Of a DNA stretch of 64,000 nucleotides, positions 57,077-64,000 are shown piece after piece. The notes below the pieces were generated by a model that worked only from the letters and a program-made list of their open reading frames with translations, was not told the DNA's origin and did no database searches. Both the position numbers and the translations under genes were made by a program. This stretch comes from Candidatus Eiseniibacteriota bacterium (GTDB lineage Bacteria; Eisenbacteria; RBG-16-71-46; CAIMUX01), in assembly GCA_016712505.1 (NCBI GenBank), contig JADJQY010000002.1, positions 254,203 through 318,202 of the forward strand, read 5' to 3'. Numbering within the stretch: the stretch's first letter is position 1; each line of letters opens with the position of its first letter.

Positions 57077-60000
57077 ATGTTCCGCCTGGTCCTCTGCCTC
57101 GGCATCCTCGCCTGCCTTCTCGGCTGCGTGCTGCTCCTCATTCCGGGTGCCTCCTGGGCCATCGATCCTGCAGTGCGCAACATCCTGATCAGCGACCGGA
57201 CGGCGGACCCGCTCGGCTACGGCGACGCCCGCGGCGGCGTCTTTCTGCTCCGCTATCAGTCCGGGCAACCGACCCGGGTCGCGGCGTTTCCCGCCGGCCC
57301 GGTCGATCCCACCGCAGTGCTGTCGCTGCCCGACCGGTCGTTCCTGGTCGCCGACTCCGGTGCCGATCCCTTTGGACTCGGACAGGGCGGAGGCGCCCTG
57401 TGGCGGATTGATCCTCGCGGTGAATTGACCGCGGTGACGGCGGAGCTGGTCGTCGCCTCGCCGAGCTTCGTCGATCCGATCGACATTCTGATCGAGCCGG
57501 AGGGGACCTATCTGGTTCTCGACTCCAACGCCGATCCGTTCGAGACCAATCGACTCCCCGGGGCAGTGTTCCGCGTCGACCCCCGCACCCGCGACGTCGA
57601 TCTCCTCGCCGCTTCACCCGATTTCGTGCAGCCCCGCTCGATGGCCTGGGACACCGACGGCAGCGTGCTCATCGTCGATCAGGCCGCCGACCCGCTCCGC
57701 CTCGGCACTCCCTACGGTGCGCTCTTCCGTCTGAATCGCATCACCGGGGTGGTCAGTGTCGCATACGTGTTCTCCCGGCCGCGGTTTCCTGGCCCGGCTG
57801 CGGTCGTTGCCCTGCCCAACGGGGACTATCTGATCGCCGATCGCGACGCCGACCCCAGTAACCGCGGCACTCCCAAGGGGGCGATCTTCCGCTTGCCTCG
57901 CGGCGGAACACCGGTCGTCTTCTCCGCCGACCCTCTGTTCGAGGAGCCGGTGGATCTGATGCTCGGTGTCGAAGGCGACCTCTGGGTGATGGACGCCGCG
58001 GCCAACCCGGATCTCTACCCAACGTCACGCGGGGCGGTGTTTCGCTACGACCTCGAGACCGGGCGGCGGCGGCAGACGATCTCCTCGTCGCTGTTCAAGG
58101 CCGTTTCGGGCATGGGACAGGTCACCGGGGCCGAGTTCGACTCGTCACGGGTAACCTGGACGGATGACAATGCCTCGGTACTGCGGCCGGGGGACGTCTT
58201 CACCGTGCGGGCGCAGCTCCGCAACACCGGCACCGACGACGCGGCAGGCGTGGTGCTGGCCGACACCTTGGCCGGCGACTGGATCTTCCTCGCCGGGACC
58301 GACTCGGTCAGCCAGGGCGCGCTCAGCTACGATCCGGAGAGGCGGCTGGTGCGGTGGGTCGGAGATGTGGCGCAGGGGGAGTCCGCCACAGTGCGCTTCC
58401 AGTTGCGGCTCTGGGACGGTGTCGCGGTCGATCGTGAGATCCGACAGGAGCTGCGCATCGTCGCTTCCGGTGCCACCAACACCTTCAGCTATCGTGGTAC
58501 TCCACGGCGCGAGTTCGAAGAGGGCACGATCGTCTACTGCGACTATCTGTCGATCGGAGGTCGCGAGGTCGGGGCGCTCTACACCGTCGACCCCGACTCC
58601 ACCGCACCGCAGATCTTCTGGAGCGGTGCGCCGCTGGTTCGCCCGCTCGATCTGGTGCAGCTCGAGGACGACCGGATCGCCATCCTGGATACGCGTGCGT
58701 TCGAGACCTCGGCTGCGGGGCCGGAGGCGGTCTTTCTCTTCAGCCCGGCCACGGGCGACTTCGACACCTTGCTCACCCGCCTCGAGGGGGACGGACTGAA
58801 GTCGCTGCAGGGGATCGCCAGCGATCGCAACGGCGACTTGCTCCTGATCGACAAGGACGCGAACCCAAATGGATGCGGAACCGGGGCCGTCGGGGCGATC
58901 TACCATCTCGATGTCGATACCGGGGGGCTGACCCTGGTGCTGAGCGACTGCAACATGAAGGAGCCGCTCGACGCCACGGTCGACCGGAACGGGAAGATCT
59001 ACATCACCGACGTCGGTGTCTCCGGCCCGTTCGGACCGAACGAACCCGGACAGTTCTTCGAGTACAACCCGACCACCCGGGTCGTCTACCGCTTCCCCCA
59101 GAACGATCGCTGGTTCGTCGATCCCACCGGAATCTACTCCCGTGATCCCGGTCGCTTCTATGTCGCGGAGCAGACCGGCAATCCTCGAAACCTCAGCGGG
59201 AACTCGGGCGCGCTGTTCCAGATCACGCGAAACCCGCTCGACTTCCGCCTGGTAGTCCAGGATGAGCGGTTCGTCGACCCCGATGATGTCTACGCCGCCC
59301 CGGACGGCACGATCTACCTGTGCGATCGTGAGGCCGATCCGCTCGAGCTGGATCTGAACGATCCGGGAGCCCTGTTCAAGATCGACCCCGTCACCTCCGC
59401 GGTCGAGGTCGCGGCGGCCGGTGCGGTCGTGCATCGCCCGGACGGGCTGATCGGCTACTACCATGCCGACCTCCTGGCGAGTCGCCTCAACATCCTCCTC
59501 CCGAGCGGGAGCAGCCGGGCGGAGCCGGGCGACACCTTGACCCTGCGCCTCCTGGTGACCAATCCTACCGATCGCAGCGCGCCGCAGGCGATGGCCCGTT
59601 TCACCGCGTATCCCTCGCTCGAGTTGCTCTCGGGCACGGCAGAAATCGGAAGCGTGACGGTCTCCGGGGACGTGGGGGAGGCGATCTGGTCCTCCCGCAT
59701 CCCGGCCTACGACTCGGTCCTGGTCAACGTGCGAGCGCGGGTGAAGGACCTGGCATCCTTCGGGTCGCGAGCCGGGGCGGAGGTCCTGGTCATGGGGGGC
59801 GGAGCACCCCTCACCATCGAGCAGTCGATCCTGGTCCGGGCGTCGTTCACTCCGGGCGAGTTGATCATGGCGGACGAGGCGGCCGATCCCCAGAATCCGC
59901 CGGCGCGTCGCGGGGCGCTCTTCCGGCTCGGCGGTCAGGGCGATCCCGCCGAGTACCTCCCTCTGACCAGCACCTCGATCAAGGAGCCGACCTGCGTCGA

Positions 60001-62710
60001 CTGGGATTCCGACGGGCGACTGGTTATCGGGGCGAAGCGCGGGGCGGACTCCGGCTCGATCTATCGGGTGAACACCCAGACCAACGCTCTCGAGGCGCTG
60101 ATCAATGCCGACCCGAACCTGAAAACGCCGACCGATCTGCTCTACCTCTCGAACGGCGACCTGCTGGTGGTCGATGCCGACGCCGAGGGGGCGACGATTC
60201 CAGGGAAGGGAGCGCTCTGGCGGCTCCCGTCCGGCGGGACTGCGCTCGAGCTGTTCTCGGCCGACGCACGTTTCCGCTCCCCGCAACAGGTGGCGATCGA
60301 CGGTCGCGGTCGGATGTGGGTCTGCGATCGCGAGGCGAATCCGGATCAGCTCCCGTTGCCGAACACCGGCGCGCTCTTCCAGATCTCACCCACCAGCGGC
60401 TCGGTGATCAACTACTACCAGTCGACCGATCTGCCCGAACCGACCGGCATCCAGCCGTATCGCGTGGGCTCGCTGCTGATCACCGACCAGGTGTCGAATC
60501 CGAACAACTACCCGCAGACCACCGGGACGCTGTGGGAATTCAATCCGGACTCCCGTCTGCTCTCGATCGCCCTTTCGACCCAGGTGCTCAAGTCACCACG
60601 TCGGAGCTTCGTGCTCCCGAACGGCAACATCCTGATCGCCGACCGCGGTCAGCGTCGACCGGACGCGGTCTCGGGGCAAGGGGCGATTCTGGTCCTCGAT
60701 CGCACTGCCGGGTCGCTTCGGTTCCACACCTACTGCGACTCGTTCGTCGGCCTGAGCGACTTCGCCTATCTCCCGAGTTCGTATCTGCAGTTCGTCGACT
60801 ACACGGTGACCGACCCGAACGGCCCTCCGGTCTATCCCTCGGATCGCGTCAAGGTGCGGGCGGAGCTCAAGAACTTCGGCGTGGCCACGGCGGAAGAGGT
60901 GGTCTTTGCCGACTCCCTGCCCGCCGGCACGGTACTCGACATCACCTCCCTCACGGCAGACGGGGGAGAGGTGAGCGGCACCGATCGCGTGGCGCGCTGG
61001 ACCGGCTCCCTCGCGCCCGGGGAGACGGTGATGATCCAGTACGACGTGCAGCTCAACCCGTTCGAGACCGAGGGGAAGATTCTCGCCTTCACCCCGGCGG
61101 CGACGGAGCGGGTGGTGGGTACGATCCGCGACGAGGTGCGCCTGCCGGTTCTGGTGCCGCTTGAATCAGGGTATGCCTACGTGGCCGACGGCGACGCCGA
61201 TCCCTACGCCCTGGGCGGGAGTCCCGGGGCGATTCTCAAGGTCGACCTGATCACCGGCTCGACCCGCGCGTTCTACAGCTCCACGCAGCTCAAGCAGCCC
61301 CGCGACGTGGCGCTGGTGGGGCGTCAGAACACCAGCATCCTGATCCTGGACAACCAGGCGCGACCGGGCGCGGGAGCGGGGGCGCTCCTGGCCCTCGACC
61401 CGATCACCCAGCAGCTCCACACCGTGGCCACTGACTCGACCTGGATCAATCTGCAGCAGATCCTGGTCGAATCGGACGACTCGGTGCTGCTGCTCGACTC
61501 GAGCGCCGATCCGTTCGACCTGCGCGACGGCATCGGCCCCGGTGCGATCTACCGGGTCGACCTCGACACCGGAGCAACCGAAGTGGCGTACTCGGACACC
61601 ACACTCCGCTTGCCCACCTCGATGGCCTTCCTGCCCGACGGCCGGTTGGTCGTGGCCGATGCGGAAATGGATCCGGGCAACTTCGGCAATCGCAACGGCG
61701 CGCTCTTCGCCATCGATCTCTCGACGCGCGAGACGACGGTCTTCGCCACCTCACCACAGTTCGAGACCCCGATCTCCATCACCCCCCGACCCGAGGGGGG
61801 CTTCTATCTCGCGGATCAATCGGCCTCTCCCTTCGGCGGAAGCGGTCGCGCCGGAGCGGTGTTCAGCATCGGGGCCGACGGGGTGGCGGCGCTCCTCTCC
61901 GACTCGAAGTTCTTCCGACGGCTCTCGACCATCGGGCTGCGCGCCGATGGTCACCCGATCATGACCGACTTCGACGCCGACCCCTTCGGTCTGGGGCAGG
62001 CCTATGGCGCGATCCACGCCTGGAACTCGAGCGTGATCGGACGGTTCTCGCCCCTCGCCTCCTCCACCATGATGCGGCGCCCGGCCGGGTTCTTCGTCTT
62101 CAACGACCTCGTGCCGGTCGATTTGAGTCTGACCGCCGAGCCGGCCGCGGAAGGGGTCGCGCTGCGCTGGGAGGTGCCGCTCGACGCGCCGGGAGTGCGG
62201 GTCCTGGTGTTCCGCCGGGCCCTGAGCGACCCGGACGAGGCGCTCGGCGAGGTGCCCGACGGTTTCGCGCTGATCGCCTCCGGTCCGGCATTGGACGGAG
62301 TGGGAAGTCACGAGTACGTCGACCGGGACGTCGAGCCGGGCCGGTGGTATGCCTACGCGCTGGCCCTCGCGGGTGACGACGGCTCGGTGGAGTACACCCT
62401 TCCGACCCTGGTTCAGGCGCCGACCACCGCGCTGCGCCTCACGCTCTACCCGCCCTCGCCGCGCCCCTTCCGCGATCTCTGCACCCTGCGCTTCGCGCTC
62501 CCCAGGGCAGGTTCGGTGCGGGTCGAGCTGTTCGACGTCGGAGGACGACGGGTTCGCGCCCTGGCGCGCGGCAGCTATGCGGCCGGCGTGCATGCCTTGT
62601 CCTGGGACGGCCGCGATGATGAGGGACGGCGTCTCGGTTCGGGAGTCTACTTTGCCCGGCTTTCCGCGCCGGGCGGGGAGCGGAACGCGCGCCTGGTGAT
62701 GATCCACTGA
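57077..62710 (+). CDS. 1877-aa secreted protein: four six-bladed propeller-like modules separated by DUF11-like Ig-type domains, with a FlgD-Ig/T9SS-like C-terminal domain
   Basis: AGGAGG RBS and signal peptide MFRLVLCLGILACLLGCVLLLIPGASWA. There are 24 repeats of the form hhhhD..ADP...G...GAhFRh, in four blocks of six. Three domains of the type VLRPGDVFTVRAQLRNTGTDDAAGVVLADTL separate the blocks. The C-terminus is VRVELFDVGGRRVR...GVYFARLSAPGGERNARLVMIH. Confidence 0.8.
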   Translation: MFRLVLCLGILACLLGCVLLLIPGASWAIDPAVRNILISDRTADPLGYGDARGGVFLLRYQSGQPTRVAAFPAGPVDPTAVLSLPDRSFLVADSGADPFGLGQGGGALWRIDPRGELTAVTAELVVASPSFVDPIDILIEPEGTYLVLDSNADPFETNRLPGAVFRVDPRTRDVDLLAASPDFVQPRSMAWDTDGSVLIVDQAADPLRLGTPYGALFRLNRITGVVSVAYVFSRPRFPGPAAVVALPNGDYLIADRDADPSNRGTPKGAIFRLPRGGTPVVFSADPLFEEPVDLMLGVEGDLWVMDAAANPDLYPTSRGAVFRYDLETGRRRQTISSSLFKAVSGMGQVTGAEFDSSRVTWTDDNASVLRPGDVFTVRAQLRNTGTDDAAGVVLADTLAGDWIFLAGTDSVSQGALSYDPERRLVRWVGDVAQGESATVRFQLRLWDGVAVDREIRQELRIVASGATNTFSYRGTPRREFEEGTIVYCDYLSIGGREVGALYTVDPDSTAPQIFWSGAPLVRPLDLVQLEDDRIAILDTRAFETSAAGPEAVFLFSPATGDFDTLLTRLEGDGLKSLQGIASDRNGDLLLIDKDANPNGCGTGAVGAIYHLDVDTGGLTLVLSDCNMKEPLDATVDRNGKIYITDVGVSGPFGPNEPGQFFEYNPTTRVVYRFPQNDRWFVDPTGIYSRDPGRFYVAEQTGNPRNLSGNSGALFQITRNPLDFRLVVQDERFVDPDDVYAAPDGTIYLCDREADPLELDLNDPGALFKIDPVTSAVEVAAAGAVVHRPDGLIGYYHADLLASRLNILLPSGSSRAEPGDTLTLRLLVTNPTDRSAPQAMARFTAYPSLELLSGTAEIGSVTVSGDVGEAIWSSRIPAYDSVLVNVRARVKDLASFGSRAGAEVLVMGGGAPLTIEQSILVRASFTPGELIMADEAADPQNPPARRGALFRLGGQGDPAEYLPLTSTSIKEPTCVDWDSDGRLVIGAKRGADSGSIYRVNTQTNALEALINADPNLKTPTDLLYLSNGDLLVVDADAEGATIPGKGALWRLPSGGTALELFSADARFRSPQQVAIDGRGRMWVCDREANPDQLPLPNTGALFQISPTSGSVINYYQSTDLPEPTGIQPYRVGSLLITDQVSNPNNYPQTTGTLWEFNPDSRLLSIALSTQVLKSPRRSFVLPNGNILIADRGQRRPDAVSGQGAILVLDRTAGSLRFHTYCDSFVGLSDFAYLPSSYLQFVDYTVTDPNGPPVYPSDRVKVRAELKNFGVATAEEVVFADSLPAGTVLDITSLTADGGEVSGTDRVARWTGSLAPGETVMIQYDVQLNPFETEGKILAFTPAATERVVGTIRDEVRLPVLVPLESGYAYVADGDADPYALGGSPGAILKVDLITGSTRAFYSSTQLKQPRDVALVGRQNTSILILDNQARPGAGAGALLALDPITQQLHTVATDSTWINLQQILVESDDSVLLLDSSADPFDLRDGIGPGAIYRVDLDTGATEVAYSDTTLRLPTSMAFLPDGRLVVADAEMDPGNFGNRNGALFAIDLSTRETTVFATSPQFETPISITPRPEGGFYLADQSASPFGGSGRAGAVFSIGADGVAALLSDSKFFRRLSTIGLRADGHPIMTDFDADPFGLGQAYGAIHAWNSSVIGRFSPLASSTMMRRPAGFFVFNDLVPVDLSLTAEPAAEGVALRWEVPLDAPGVRVLVFRRALSDPDEALGEVPDGFALIASGPALDGVGSHEYVDRDVEPGRWYAYALALAGDDGSVEYTLPTLVQAPTTALRLTLYPPSPRPFRDLCTLRFALPRAGSVRVELFDVGGRRVRALARGSYAAGVHALSWDGRDDEGRRLGSGVYFARLSAPGGERNARLVMIH

Positions 62711-63019
62711 GAGCGCGCTCACCTGCGGGTGAGCGGCTCTCGTTCCAAGCTCGACGTCGCCCCGCGGCCTCCGCCATCCCGTCCGGGACAGTCGAACCGC
62801 CCACTGTCCCGCCAGGTACAGTTCGACCGCGTGCCGCTCCTCGGCCGGCGCGAAGTTCGGTCAAAAAACGCTGCATTCGTGCCCACCCGACCTCGAGGTC
62901 GCCGGCCTCGGCACTTGGCACGCCACCTGCATAGACCTTCCCATCACCTCGAGCGTTCCGCAGGGCGTCCGAAAACCAGTTCGTGGCGGGGGCGGCGGAC
63001 GGAGAAAAGGAGACTCACG

Positions 63020-64000
63020 ATGAAGTTCAACTCGATTCGGCGCTCCACGCGTTTCGTGCTCGGCACCGCCGCACTGGCGCTCTCGCTCGCCGGCTGCGGA
63101 GACGACGACGGCCAGACCAATGCTCCGCCCGTCGACCAACCGACCTACGACCTGAACGCCGCCTATGGTGGACTCACCGCCACCGATGAACAGCCGGCTT
63201 TCGGAGATCCGACCCTGGCCGCGATGGAAGAAGACGAGGCGCCGGTTTCCGATCCGATCAACGATCAGGTCGGGGAGATCGGCCGTGGGCGCGCCACCTA
63301 TGCGTTCACCGCGATCTGGGGCAAGCTCCAGGAACCGGAGCGGAACGACCGAGGGCAGTTGGGGATGAAGACGGCGACGCCACCGACTGGACCGGGAAGA
63401 TCGAGCTCTCCTCGGGCGCGGTCCACGTGCGGCGCACCATCGCCTTCGAGCGCCGTGACTTCCTCCGTCCGCGTCGCGATCGCAGCCTGCTCGAGTGGGT
63501 GAGCTTCACCGGAGAGCGCTACGACGGTCTTCGCCTCAGCATCATGGCCGCGGAAGGTGACTCTGCCGGGACCGGCACCCTGACCTTCGAGACCCCTGCT
63601 TTCTCCCGCACCTTCACCATGGCTGAACTCGCCGACCTCGATCTGCTGATCGACGTCGATCTGAACGGAAACCAGCTCCGGCTCCGCTCGGTGGCCACCC
63701 GCCCGAACGAGACGGTGCGCGGCTTGGTGATCGGTCGCTGGCACCAGTCCCCGGACAGCGAGGTGGGGAACTTCGGCGGCCGTTGGATCGCCCCCGACGG
63801 TGCGGCGCTCGGTCACGTCCAGGGGATCTTTGGCCTCAACGACGCGGGGGAGCGAGTGTTTCATGGCAAGTGGATCAACCGCGGTGGTCGTTTCGAAGGG
63901 TTCGTCAGCGGTACCTGGGCCGTGTCGGAAGGGCATGGGGTGGCCGGGGAATCCGGCACCCTCGACGGCAAGATCTTCGGCGGCCAGGAGCAGACCCCGA
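63020..64000 (+). CDS. lipoprotein of unknown function, 3' end outside window; apparent single-base frame break
   Basis: GGAGAAAAGGAG RBS and lipobox LALSLAGC. ORF 62729..63502 stops making sense after ..ERNDRGQLG. The adjacent frame (DEDGDATDWTGKIELSSG...GKIFGGQEQTP) stays open to the window end. The break is at G4 63361-63364. Confidence 0.55.

Overview
High-GC bacterial chromosomal window. The gene content looks FCB-superphylum / Gemmatimonadota-like: a PorX-type response regulator, a large LptD, and several secreted proteins ending in FlgD-Ig/T9SS-like C-terminal domains. This taxonomic placement is inference only.

Layout, left to right:
- three tandem, translationally coupled paralogous secreted beta-propeller genes
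- a small nucleotidyltransferase-like gene pair
- aroF, recO, a lipoprotein and bcp
- a pyrimidine operon, pyrR-pyrB-pyrC-(TPR lipoprotein)-pyrK-pyrD-pyrF, with a PyrR-type leader hairpin
- a nucleotide-sugar cluster (ugd, RmlC-like cupin, rfbB, epimerase, GT4 phosphotransferase)
- a roughly 13 kb accessory island (about 23.2-35.9 kb)
- housekeeping genes: serS, a histidine kinase, an MBOAT-SGNH fusion, a PorX-like regulator, tsaE-tsaB-rimI, accD, folC, a ROK glucokinase and lptD
- a lipoprotein/tetraheme cytochrome, cystathionine beta-synthase and gamma-lyase, a HEPN-like protein, a 1877-aa four-propeller secreted protein and a partial lipoprotein

The island holds an ImmA/IrrE module and four IS elements (ISL3, IS630, IS66 and a degenerate IS21). 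It also holds a tyrosine-recombinase gene broken twice by nested insertions. Its most interesting part is a visibly lower-GC cassette. That cassette encodes a radical SAM/SPASM maturase split by the IS630 element and a translationally coupled 78-aa Cys-rich peptide with six Cys at an exact 5-residue period. Two paralogous secreted NTF2-like proteins follow. I consider this cassette the best candidate for an undescribed RiPP-like system, currently insertionally inactivated.

About ten genes, including essential serS, show single-base frame breaks. Most of those I could localise sit at short homopolymers. Two genes carry in-frame stops. Consensus errors are therefore likely and gene models need read-level checking. 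I recognised no rRNA, tRNA or CRISPR array.
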